This document shows positions 16,289-24,947 of a DNA stretch of 29,224 bases, one piece after another (positions within the stretch are counted from its first letter, which is position 1; each line of letters starts with the position of its first letter). The notes beneath the pieces are model-generated. The model was not told where the DNA came from. It saw nothing but the letters and a program-made list of their open reading frames with translations, and did no database searches. This stretch comes from a virus (Duplodnaviria; Caudoviricetes): the IMG/VR virus record IMGVR_UViG_3300032257_000084, positions 1-29,224 of that record; one strand, 5' to 3'. A program made the position numbers and the translations under genes.

Positions 16289-19180
16289 CTAGAACTTATC
16301 GTGTGTTTCTATACTCATTACAGTTGCCAATATAGTGCATGGCTTAGGTGCTACAGCTCTTAAACATAGTCTTGAATCAGTATCCCATTCACCCTCGAAT
16401 GGAAAACTCTCGCCATCATAACTTGCATGAATCGTATCAGCAGCCGTAATTGCGCCCTTATAAACCAAAGGCAGATTGTCCAGATTAGATGTATCCGGTC
16501 CATACGTCAGACCCTGATAATGACTGTTATACATAATCACGCCTAACTGAGATATCTTCTTCTTCTGCGTTAATGCCGTACCCATGCCTGAAGCATAAGC
16601 CAGCTTAGATGATTTATAGTCGGCAGTGTAAGTCAGTCCTACAATGCAGCTTGTAACAGACTCAGATAAGGTTATTTGCCCACTAGCAACCGTATAAGTA
16701 CCCAAATCCTTGCCGTTACCCCATGCCACAACCGACTCACCTTCAAGATGGCTTAACCCTGTTATAGTGGTAGTCGATGAACCTGAATACTCATAAAATG
16801 AATCAGCCTGTTTGTTCAGTGATCCACCCTGGCAAGCAGATTCTAATGCCCACTTCTCAAGATAGCGTACTGTTGAGCCGTTGATTGTACGATTAACAGC
16901 ATAATAAACCTTGTCTTCACCATCACCATCATCGCCAGGTAACACAACAACATCCTCAACCGATCCATTAGTTGTTACTTCAATCCAGCAAGTCAGGTTT
17001 TCAGCACGATCAAATATCAATACTGCAACCGTTCCATCATTCAATACACAATGAATACGGGTATCTGGTTGTCGTTGTGCCGCCATTCTTACGACCTGAG
17101 CCGATGTGACGTTAGGTGCAAGGATTGTTAAGTCAGTTGATCCATACTCACCATCCTGCTCAAGCCCTATCTCAAAGACACGTGTACCGCCTCGCTGTAC
17201 AAATATTCCAGTCTTATCAATCTTAATCGCTTCAACATTAGATGATCCTTGACCTGATGCTGGCTTAACCGTGAAGTCAGTAGGTGTTAATGGTTCATCA
17301 AAACTAGATGACTTACATGAAAACTCAGCCCCTTCAGCACCTAATATCAATCGTTGCAGTGCAAGTATCCAGTTAATCGTATCAACCGGACCAGAGCCAA
17401 TAGATCGGTCAATCGTACCTGAATCACCTATAACCGTATCATCAAATGAGTAAAATGAATCCGTAACCGATAGCAAAATAGAATCACCACCAGCCCATCC
17501 AAGCCTGCCTTCAACAAATCCAACCGCAGTAGGCCAACCACGGCGATCAGACCAAACGCCTTCAGCCCAGTCATCTGTTGCATCCGTACCACCCAAATCA
17601 GTGATAACCTCAGCGTCCACCACTGTTTCACTGGTATAGCCTGTAATACGTGCGATGCCATCAACAAATCCAATCGCATAGTCTAATGTCAGGGTTATTG
17701 GTCCAGCCGATACTGAAGCGCCGCCTGATGTATAAGCACCGTATCCAGTTGAATCAGTAGAGTCCAACGTATAAGTATTCGCATCAACATAAGTAATCGT
17801 GTAGGTATTGCCATTCAATTGAGTCATACCAGACACGCCAGATATCGTTACCTGCTCGCCTGTTGCGTATGGGTGACCCGTATCAGTAATGCTACAAGGA
17901 TTCGCTTGAGTAGCGCCTGATATGGTAGATGTTGTCATTTCACCTGTTTTAACGCCGACACGATACCAGGCAATCTGATTGTCTAATGTATCGTCATAAG
18001 TAATCGTGGCATTAGTCGTATAAGTCGTAACATCTTCCCATGGCCCAGCATCTGAATCTAAAGAACGCTGTAAAGTAACTGTTCCAGACCAAGTACCTGA
18101 ACGGATAATCGTGAAGATACGAGATGAATCAACGCCCGTTACACGAATAGCATTAGTAAATTGATTGCCAGCCGATACACTGGCCGTTACTTCCTGCCCT
18201 TCAGACGTTACTCGAAACAATGATCCAACATTGGTTGATTTAAAATATGGCTTGCTTGCAGTCAGGGTAATATTCCCAGTTAATGCGCTCGCAGTCATCG
18301 TCATAGTGCTGGTATTAGTCAGTAAAAATGGTCCAGCGTCAGCATAATACTTAACCAATGACCATGAATTAGTTGCTCTACGCTCTATCTTGTATTGCTG
18401 ATAGCCTGCACAAGCAATAAAGATAACGTCACCTGATTGATCTGTACGGATATTACTTAAATCACTCGCAGACCATGGCGCCGTGAGTGACGTAATGCCT
18501 GAACTGGCTACATCACATGAATCAACTAACACCTGTCTTTTATGTAAGCTCTTGAATTGCGCGTAAAAATCACCTGTTGGTGTAAAGGCAAGTGAATGAC
18601 TACCTGTATCCAATGTGGTTTCAGATATAAACTCATCACCGCCAGAAGTCGATCCACAACGAAAGATAACCGGACCGCGCTCAATCACAATATCCAGCGC
18701 ATGTTCAGTGCCTGTTTCAGTAACCGTAACCTGCTGAGTGCGAATTGCGTAGTTAGTGCCATTACCTGTCAGGCCAAGATAACCTCCTGTTACCCAAGCA
18801 CTCGTACCACCAGACTCATCACCATCCGTCCAGCTTGTTACATCTGAAGCAAATCCACCGTTCGTTACAGCAGCCGTAACAGATGCTCTTGTAACAGGTG
18901 TCTCACTGACCAATACCCTGACAAGAGCAGCCGTAACCTCTATCAAAGCCGTATCATCAGTCGAAAAGATAAAAGGGATATAACGCGCTGCATTGTTGCT
19001 ATTCGTGCCTACAATGTACTCAAAACCCGGCCTGAGCATCATTGAGCCTAATGCCCGTGGCATCCAGTTAGTCTGCGTTTCAGCAGACATCTCAATACGT
19101 TTAATGTCAGTACGTGCAAGCGCCAAAGGGGAAACAATGCCCCTATTCATGGCGAGTAATGCTACATTTTCTCTAGGCAT
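16289..19180 (-). CDS. Tail tubular protein B / nozzle (beta-propeller) with inserted domains
   Basis: 963 aa; N-terminal NRGIVSP..ARTD...NWMPRALG...RPG; DQSGDVIFI, GWPTAVGFVEGRL, GLSHLEGESV and VGLTY motifs; follows the adaptor. Confidence 0.88.
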   Translation of the reverse strand: MPRENVALLAMNRGIVSPLALARTDIKRIEMSAETQTNWMPRALGSMMLRPGFEYIVGTNSNNAARYIPFIFSTDDTALIEVTAALVRVLVSETPVTRASVTAAVTNGGFASDVTSWTDGDESGGTSAWVTGGYLGLTGNGTNYAIRTQQVTVTETGTEHALDIVIERGPVIFRCGSTSGGDEFISETTLDTGSHSLAFTPTGDFYAQFKSLHKRQVLVDSCDVASSGITSLTAPWSASDLSNIRTDQSGDVIFIACAGYQQYKIERRATNSWSLVKYYADAGPFLLTNTSTMTMTASALTGNITLTASKPYFKSTNVGSLFRVTSEGQEVTASVSAGNQFTNAIRVTGVDSSRIFTIIRSGTWSGTVTLQRSLDSDAGPWEDVTTYTTNATITYDDTLDNQIAWYRVGVKTGEMTTSTISGATQANPCSITDTGHPYATGEQVTISGVSGMTQLNGNTYTITYVDANTYTLDSTDSTGYGAYTSGGASVSAGPITLTLDYAIGFVDGIARITGYTSETVVDAEVITDLGGTDATDDWAEGVWSDRRGWPTAVGFVEGRLGWAGGDSILLSVTDSFYSFDDTVIGDSGTIDRSIGSGPVDTINWILALQRLILGAEGAEFSCKSSSFDEPLTPTDFTVKPASGQGSSNVEAIKIDKTGIFVQRGGTRVFEIGLEQDGEYGSTDLTILAPNVTSAQVVRMAAQRQPDTRIHCVLNDGTVAVLIFDRAENLTCWIEVTTNGSVEDVVVLPGDDGDGEDKVYYAVNRTINGSTVRYLEKWALESACQGGSLNKQADSFYEYSGSSTTTITGLSHLEGESVVAWGNGKDLGTYTVASGQITLSESVTSCIVGLTYTADYKSSKLAYASGMGTALTQKKKISQLGVIMYNSHYQGLTYGPDTSNLDNLPLVYKGAITAADTIHASYDGESFPFEGEWDTDSRLCLRAVAPKPCTILATVMSIETHDKF

Positions 19181-19184
19181 GAGA

Positions 19185-19832
19185 TCAGCCTATCAGTCGA
19201 TTGCGAGAACCACGATCACGGGAGCTACTATTATTACCATATCTTGAGCTTGTCCAGTTACCAGGTGCAGGGAACTTGGTAGGATCACCCATCGCATCAG
19301 TGTTCTTAGCCTCACCCTTGTAATGTTTGAGCATCTTGAAGACTTCCTCAATCTTCTTTTCATCAGATGTCAAACTAAGAATTATCTTGCTGGCAAAATG
19401 AGCCGCAGCAAAATCAGTAAAACTACCAGGCCAAGTCGATAAATCATTACCATACGATGTATCATTCGACACATACCTGAGATAAATGACATCAAGATCA
19501 GCGTACCAGTAACCTGCTTCATCAACATACCCCAGTAATGGAACCTGGTAATACTCATCAGAACACATTGCGCTGGTTAATATCCAGTCAGTAGGCTTGG
19601 AAAAGGCTCGCTGATAACCAAATGAAGTGGTAATAGATGGATCGTAATCAAGCTGTACCGCTCTCATAGCGAACTTCCATTGGCCTTCAGCCAGAACTGC
19701 ATCAACACCACCTGAATCCCATACAAGATCCAGCTCATGCCGTGGCTTCCTGTCTTCAGACAAAGATGCCAATCTATGCTCACCACATATCTGTAATGCT
19801 CGGTTGTACAGTTGCAGTCTGGTTGTAGCCAT
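19185..19832 (-). CDS. Tail tubular protein A / head-tail adaptor
   Basis: YNRALQICGE.RLASLSE, WKFA and YQRAFSKPTD motifs; synteny. Confidence 0.85.
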   Translation of the reverse strand: MATTRLQLYNRALQICGEHRLASLSEDRKPRHELDLVWDSGGVDAVLAEGQWKFAMRAVQLDYDPSITTSFGYQRAFSKPTDWILTSAMCSDEYYQVPLLGYVDEAGYWYADLDVIYLRYVSNDTSYGNDLSTWPGSFTDFAAAHFASKIILSLTSDEKKIEEVFKMLKHYKGEAKNTDAMGDPTKFPAPGNWTSSRYGNNSSSRDRGSRNRLIG

Positions 19833-19840
19833 GTAAACCC

Positions 19841-20287
19841 CTATGCAGCAATAGTATTAATGTTTTTCCGTAGCCATTCTTCGGCTTGTGTTTTTTCCAT
19901 TTCTTTTTCAAGCACTTCGTTATCCACTAACCGGATCACGCAAAACTTATGATGTGGTCCTTTGTACTTAACTTTAAACTGCTCAAAGCGATTATCATTA
20001 ACCTTAACCACTTCTTTAGTCAGGTCATGCCATTCAAGTATCTTGATTGAGGCGTAGTTACGACCTGCTTCAATGACCAATGCCCTTGCAAATACTGAGC
20101 TATCATCATTGTTAATCTCTACAATATCGTATGCCTTTAAATTCTTGGCTATGATTGACCAAAACGCAGGATCTTCAACGTCCTTACGTGTGGTGTTCTC
20201 TTCCAGAGTGATGCGCCATTCATTGCGTACCTGCTCTGCTTGTTTAAATCTTGGTGAACCAATTTTTACTTTTGTTTGTTCAGTCAT
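19841..20287 (-). CDS. Hypothetical protein (start revised to ATG 20287)
   Basis: GAGGAGG SD precedes ATG 20287; the track start at 20311 lies inside a hairpin. Confidence 0.7.
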   Translation of the reverse strand: MTEQTKVKIGSPRFKQAEQVRNEWRITLEENTTRKDVEDPAFWSIIAKNLKAYDIVEINNDDSSVFARALVIEAGRNYASIKILEWHDLTKEVVKVNDNRFEQFKVKYKGPHHKFCVIRLVDNEVLEKEMEKTQAEEWLRKNINTIAA

Positions 20288-20305
20288 ATAATCCTCCTCA
20301 GGATT

Positions 20306-20325
20306 GCCCACCCCGAAGGGTGAGC
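20306..20325 (-). terminator. 8-bp hairpin with C(UUCG)G tetraloop; mRNA 3' stabiliser or weak terminator (no U-tract)
   Basis: Minus-strand GCTCACCC-TTCG-GGGTGGGC just after the stop of 20333..20659. Confidence 0.6.
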
Positions 20326-20332
20326 TTGCCGA

Positions 20333-20659
20333 TTAGCCAAATGTTGATGTAATAGTACCACCAGTAGAAAGATTCGCACCTGAAGTCGAAACTCCAGTGA
20401 TCATGCCTATTACTAGGATATGATCTGTAGAACTTTCTGTACTGTATGTGGCAGATATCAAGATATCGCCATTTCGCATACCCAGATCTTTTGCATCAGT
20501 GAAGAAATTAGATGCTGTTAGATCTGTTGTTAGGTTAGTTGAAGTGTAACTCCAAACTGAACCACCGTTTGCTACGGACGTACTGTTAACTGTATTAGTC
20601 TGGGCTAACATACCCTGAGTAACACGATTAACAAGTCCTGCTGTAGATGAATAAGACAT
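20333..20659 (-). CDS. Ser/Thr-rich putative capsid decoration (cement) protein
   Basis: 108 aa directly after MCP; strong AAGGAG SD; beta-rich; 37/108 Ser+Thr by hand count. Confidence 0.65.
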   Translation of the reverse strand: MSYSSTAGLVNRVTQGMLAQTNTVNSTSVANGGSVWSYTSTNLTTDLTASNFFTDAKDLGMRNGDILISATYSTESSTDHILVIGMITGVSTSGANLSTGGTITSTFG

Positions 20660-20669
20660 AATTTACTCC

Positions 20670-21518
20670 TTATGCGTAGTTGCTACCATCAGCTAAGAGT
20701 TCAACAACGCCATCGCCTTGCAGCATGACCCCACCCATAAACATAGAACAACGAGCGTAACTGTAATCTTGCTCATCATCATATCCAACCGAAGAACTCA
20801 TGCCGCCAGTATCGGCTGCGTGACCCACTGCTGATTTATGATACAAAAATGATTTCTCACTTGATGTACCCTTACCAGGTAAGTTTGGATGAGTAATGAT
20901 AAGCGTATTACGCCATTTGTATGCCATTGGCTTATCGCGCCATGAAGCATCACTACCAGCATACGGACGAACATCAACATAATCCGCAGATGCGAATTCT
21001 GGTGCTTGCTCTAAATAAGCTAAAAATGATGGTTGGCATAGCAATGTAATGTTGGAATCCCAAGGAACGCCAGCATTTTGCAGTTTAACTACACCATTCT
21101 GGTACAGATCAACAGAAGGAATGGTCGATGTAGAACCAATCGCTACCGAAGTAGTATCCAATATAGTTGTAATCTGATCATCAATCTTACGATTAATAAC
21201 CGCCATAGTAGTTTGCTGCATGATTTCACGTTGATTGCCTTGTGAAGCAAATACGTTAAAGCCAGTCTTGCGAACAAGATCATGCCATTCTGTTAATGTT
21301 GCAGTGTTTTGTGTCAAATTATCAGCGCGAGCTGCAATCAGACCATTAACGCCACGTGTAGATGCTGTTGCATCACCTGAATCCGCAACCAAGAAAACTG
21401 CTTGATTGCCCTTAATAACCGCCTCGGTAGTCACCGTTTCTCTTAACAGCGAATGACGCTGCTCGAAACCTGCGATAAACTCTTGACGGTATTGGGTTTG
21501 AAAAGCTACATCAGCCAT
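20670..21518 (-). CDS. Major capsid protein (HK97 fold, BPP-1-like)
   Basis: AFQTQYRQEFIAGFEQR.SLLR, AVINRKIDDQI, FASADYV and YHKSAVGHA motifs; AAGGAG SD; follows the scaffold. Confidence 0.92.
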   Translation of the reverse strand: MADVAFQTQYRQEFIAGFEQRHSLLRETVTTEAVIKGNQAVFLVADSGDATASTRGVNGLIAARADNLTQNTATLTEWHDLVRKTGFNVFASQGNQREIMQQTTMAVINRKIDDQITTILDTTSVAIGSTSTIPSVDLYQNGVVKLQNAGVPWDSNITLLCQPSFLAYLEQAPEFASADYVDVRPYAGSDASWRDKPMAYKWRNTLIITHPNLPGKGTSSEKSFLYHKSAVGHAADTGGMSSSVGYDDEQDYSYARCSMFMGGVMLQGDGVVELLADGSNYA

Positions 21519-21674
21519 TTCTATTCTCCTTTACCATAAAAAATTAAGTGTATCCATATCGCCTGGGGTGTCTATCGAGTCTTTTTGCAGGGTATCCATT
21601 GAGGAGCTGCTATTAACCGTCTAGCGCCAATGCTTAGGTTGGTTAATATATAACGTAGATACGTCCATGTATCC
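21519..21674 (-). promoter_or_regulatory. Structured leader of the major capsid gene
   Basis: Stems TATTAACC/GGTTAATA (21611-21648), GCAG/CTGC enclosing TCC/GGA (21587-21610) and TGGATAC/GTATCTA (21656-21675); three TGGATAC copies. Confidence 0.5.
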
Positions 21675-21688
21675 AACGCTGCTGCGGT
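21675..21688 (-). promoter_or_regulatory. Palindromic box variant AACGC-TGCT-GCGGT, candidate late-activator site for MCP
   Basis: One mismatch from consensus; followed on the minus strand by TTATATATT at the -10 position; shares AGCGTTGGATA with the terS box. Confidence 0.62.
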
Positions 21689-21689
21689 A

Positions 21690-22613
21690 TTAGGCTCTCA
21701 TCTTCTCCTGAGCCGTTAGCAAGTCACGATATCGCTGTTGCATAGCATTATCAGCATAATATTCTTTACTGTTTGTACGCATGAACTTATCAATCTTAGC
21801 AATCTCTTCATTGATACCCGTGATGTTCTGTTGACCGCCAGCAGGAACCAGTGTCGCAGTAGGGTTTTCAGCTCGCGCAAGGCCAGCCAGCCAATTCATT
21901 ACATTAGGCTTATTGCCATACGCCATACCATCTGGACCACGCCCTTGCAGAATATCCTCTTTAACGCCTTCAGGTGCGCCATCAAGTAAAGCATGGATCT
22001 TATTCAGATTAGCTCGGTAATCATTACCCCATTCAGCACGATAAGTATCTTCAAATGTTTGTTGATCATTCTGATCCTGTTCAGCTCGCGCCTCAGCCTG
22101 AGCTTCTTGCGTCTTGTAATACCATTCAACTGTATTCTTAACCTGATCAGGACTCATATTCGAGTTCAATGCAGCTTCTTTAAACGCATCAATAACCGGC
22201 GCATCTTCCTCACCAATCGTCAGGCCATCACCAAACTCAAGATTGTAACCACTTGGATCAACAGGAAGACCCTGCCCTTCACGCCAAGCAGACTTCTCTT
22301 CATCAGTACCTTCACTTGGAAAAGGGTTTTTACTGACTAACTCACCACTTGAGATCTTCTGTTGTAGTGCTTGATTAGCGTTCCAGATGTCTTTAGGCGT
22401 ATTATAACGTTCTGCCTGAGCCAGTTGCTTCTCATCACCACCTGTCATCTGGTTGCGCCAGTCATCAGGCCATGTGGTTGTTACTTGAGTATTATCACCA
22501 CCGTCACCGCTATTATCTGTGACAGCAGTATCCCCAGTGCCACTATCTTGTGATCCATCCTCATTTGCCTCTTCTTGATATCTTCGGTTTAGCCTTTGCA
22601 GTTGACTTAGCAT
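21690..22613 (-). CDS. Capsid scaffolding protein (start revised to ATG 22613)
   Basis: Acidic flexible N-terminus, WPDDWR, GLP..P.GY and RAEWG.DY..N motifs; GAGGAG 8 nt before ATG 22613; precedes MCP. Confidence 0.8.
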   Translation of the reverse strand: MLSQLQRLNRRYQEEANEDGSQDSGTGDTAVTDNSGDGGDNTQVTTTWPDDWRNQMTGGDEKQLAQAERYNTPKDIWNANQALQQKISSGELVSKNPFPSEGTDEEKSAWREGQGLPVDPSGYNLEFGDGLTIGEEDAPVIDAFKEAALNSNMSPDQVKNTVEWYYKTQEAQAEARAEQDQNDQQTFEDTYRAEWGNDYRANLNKIHALLDGAPEGVKEDILQGRGPDGMAYGNKPNVMNWLAGLARAENPTATLVPAGGQQNITGINEEIAKIDKFMRTNSKEYYADNAMQQRYRDLLTAQEKMRA

Positions 22614-22881
22614 TTTCTTCACTCCTCAGTGTGTTTACATTAATCTTCAATAGTTTTACTACTTGCATACCGACATACCGCTTGCCTTCAGCAAAGGTAG
22701 TTTCAGTATTACTGTCAGGTCGGTAACTCAAATCATACGTTCCGGCCATCTCAATCAGCCACTTCAATGCTCGTTGTTGCATATCAGGACTGGCATCACC
22801 ACGCTCTAATGCTTGAAAGGCTGAGATATCAGCCAGTTCATATTCAGCAGGTAATACAGGTGAATTCTTATCAGGCTTCAA
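22561..22881 (-). CDS. Bbp19-like protein
   Basis: QQRALKWL and TTFAEGKRYVG motifs; located between portal and scaffold. Confidence 0.75.
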   Translation of the reverse strand: MKPDKNSPVLPAEYELADISAFQALERGDASPDMQQRALKWLIEMAGTYDLSYRPDSNTETTFAEGKRYVGMQVVKLLKINVNTLRSEENAKSTAKAKPKISRRGK

Positions 22882-24478
22882 TATTTACACCTTCAAGATT
22901 CTTAGCCACATTAGATCCTTGCTCCATGGCATCCAGCATCTGCTGTTGTTGCATTTGCTGTTGCTGTTGCTCGATAATCTCTTCAACCATATCTTCAGGA
23001 TTAATCCATTCAGTAGGAATACCGATGCCATCAAGCGCATCTCTGAGTGATACTTTCATATCTATCATCGCCGCAGCACTTTGATCCAACGCAATAGCTT
23101 CTGCCAATAGTTGTTTTGCTTCCAAGAACTTCTGACCTTTCTGAGCATCAATCGCATCATGTAGTGGAGACTCAAAGTGGAACTGGATATCAGCACCCTG
23201 GAGACTCTCAGGCATATCATAAGGTGATCCAAATACACCCATCTTGAATAGCTGATCAAAGGTTAATTCACATAAACCACCATTACGCTCAGATTCCATT
23301 GGCTCAAACAATGGCATCGCACCACGAATATACTCTTGAACACGTTGACCCACTTCATACGCAGTCATCTCTGGTCCACGTTCAGGCAGGTTAAGTTTAT
23401 TCAGGAAGAACGCTTCAGATATCATCATGCGACTATCACGCTGCATATCAATACCAAATGGCAATGCGCTGGTGTCTTGCGTCAATGGTCGCATAGCAGC
23501 ACCAAGACGCTCATCATATTCATTATCAACCCATGTATGGCCACCAGCATATAAGCCCATATCGCTTCGTATGGCATCTTGAGTAACGATAACAGGAGGA
23601 TTAACCGCCTTTTCACCCGCCTCAAGCAAGGTATACGTCATGGATTGAATCAATCTGGCATCAGGTAACGCCACAATAGATGCTGGACTATAAGCATATT
23701 GAGAGCCTGAAACTGTTTGCCATCTTGATATGTTGTATTCTTTATTCCAGACAGGAACCATCTCAATAGGTTTGTCATGCGTGCAGTCATAATAGATCGA
23801 CCAGTATGGCTTACCCTGAGCATCACCTTCGTACTGGTCTGCCGATATAATGATATGAAGCACATCCATCTCAAAATACGGCTCTTTACGTGCTTTATCA
23901 TTAACCTTTGGATCAACCTTGCCTGGAAACAGATTAGCTAAGTCTCTGGCGTATGGCTTCCATCTTCGTGCGATGAATTCATTTTCCCCTTCGTCATTCT
24001 CCATCCACACAACATCGCGCACATGCCAACAACGATAAATAAGACCATCAGCATTGCGATTAAGACGTACACTTTCCACTGCATTACCAAATGCTGCAAA
24101 ATCATGATCACCTTCCTTTGTACAGCGTGTAAACATAGCACGCTTATCGTACATAACCCTGCGTTGTGCCTTTTCAGCCTGCTCAAGCCACCGTTTAGCA
24201 TCATTCGTTTCACGGTCTTCATCTGATGGCTTCATGTGAAACCATGGCTTATTCGTAGGTCTGAGCATTGATCCTATCTGATCAGCCAGATCTCGTCTGG
24301 TTAATACAGGATAAGAAGTCATGAGATTACCAGCAAACTCTTCGCCTATTGAATGAGTTGATGTGAAGTCTGCTCGTTGTGGATAGAAGTTTTCAGCCAG
24401 CTCCTGACATAACGACATAAACTGATGGCGCTTGCCAAATAGTCTATCAGCCGTTTCACGTACCTGTTTAATATCCAT
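22871..24478 (-). CDS. Portal (head-to-tail connector) protein
   Basis: P.NKPWF, FGNA, RWQTVSGSQYAYSP, EAFF and MTAYEV..R..E motifs; Gln-rich C-terminus. Confidence 0.93.
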   Translation of the reverse strand: MDIKQVRETADRLFGKRHQFMSLCQELAENFYPQRADFTSTHSIGEEFAGNLMTSYPVLTRRDLADQIGSMLRPTNKPWFHMKPSDEDRETNDAKRWLEQAEKAQRRVMYDKRAMFTRCTKEGDHDFAAFGNAVESVRLNRNADGLIYRCWHVRDVVWMENDEGENEFIARRWKPYARDLANLFPGKVDPKVNDKARKEPYFEMDVLHIIISADQYEGDAQGKPYWSIYYDCTHDKPIEMVPVWNKEYNISRWQTVSGSQYAYSPASIVALPDARLIQSMTYTLLEAGEKAVNPPVIVTQDAIRSDMGLYAGGHTWVDNEYDERLGAAMRPLTQDTSALPFGIDMQRDSRMMISEAFFLNKLNLPERGPEMTAYEVGQRVQEYIRGAMPLFEPMESERNGGLCELTFDQLFKMGVFGSPYDMPESLQGADIQFHFESPLHDAIDAQKGQKFLEAKQLLAEAIALDQSAAAMIDMKVSLRDALDGIGIPTEWINPEDMVEEIIEQQQQQMQQQQMLDAMEQGSNVAKNLEGVNIEA

Positions 24479-24642
24479 TAGCCACCCAATTTACTATCGT
24501 CTGCGGTTAGTGCTGTCATCATAGTTCCACGCCTTGCACCACGCTTACGACTACCACCTTTACGGCCTGAAGTCCTACCAGGATCAGCAGCAGTGATAGG
24601 TGTAGGTGGAACAAATTTTTTTGGTTTAAATAAACTACCCAC
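24478..24642 (-). CDS. Small basic 54-aa virion protein (GTG start), not in the ORF track; paralog of 24635..24946
   Basis: MGSLFKPKKFVPPTPITAADPGRTSGRKGGSRKRGARRGTMMTALTADDSKLGG; GAGGGG SD upstream; TAATG overlap with portal. Confidence 0.75.
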   Translation of the reverse strand: MGSLFKPKKFVPPTPITAADPGRTSGRKGGSRKRGARRGTMMTALTADDSKLGG

Positions 24643-24946
24643 CTAATTTCCCCTCGCTTAATGCTGATGTCATAATAGATGCCTTACGACCACCACGCTG
24701 TTTTTGTTTAGCTAATGATTGTCGTTTAGCAGAACGCATTGCCTCGTCATCAGGTGTTGGCATTGCTTTAGGTTTTGTAGCACCTGGTATTTTTGGTCTC
24801 ATGCTCTTTAACGCACCTGCTCCTGCTGCACCAACAGCGCCATACGCGCCTATCGTTCCTATTGTGTGAGCAGCAGCACCACCTACGCCTAGAGCTGTAG
24901 CGCCTGATGAAACAGCTCCAGCAATTGCTGTCATTAATGTTGCCAT
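24635..24946 (-). CDS. Small virion protein (pre-portal, T7 gp7.3-like position)
   Basis: Gly/Ala hydrophobic N-terminus, Pro-rich linker, basic GGRKASIMT...KLGG C-terminus. Confidence 0.75.
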   Translation of the reverse strand: MATLMTAIAGAVSSGATALGVGGAAAHTIGTIGAYGAVGAAGAGALKSMRPKIPGATKPKAMPTPDDEAMRSAKRQSLAKQKQRGGRKASIMTSALSEGKLGG

Positions 24947-24947
24947 C

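Noticed and set aside
20706-20719. One-mismatch box copy AACGC-CATC-GCCTT near the end of MCP
   Set aside because: Lies in coding sequence with no convincing -10 at the expected spacing; probably chance, though a weak promoter for 20333..20659 is not excluded.
22940-22970. CAG/CAA run resembling a microsatellite
   Set aside because: It encodes the ordinary Gln-rich portal C-terminus with mixed codons.
24616-24622. A-AAA-AAA slippery heptamer in the 54-aa ORF that might fuse it to the portal frame
   Set aside because: The -1 frame hits TGA after about 10 codons, before reaching the portal.
17702-24946. Ubiquitin-like conjugation system suggested by C-terminal GG peptides plus an E1-FCCH-like domain
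   Set aside because: The peptides have no beta-grasp fold, there is no E1 adenylation (ThiF), E2 or JAB gene, and the FCCH-like barrel is a common phage structural insert.
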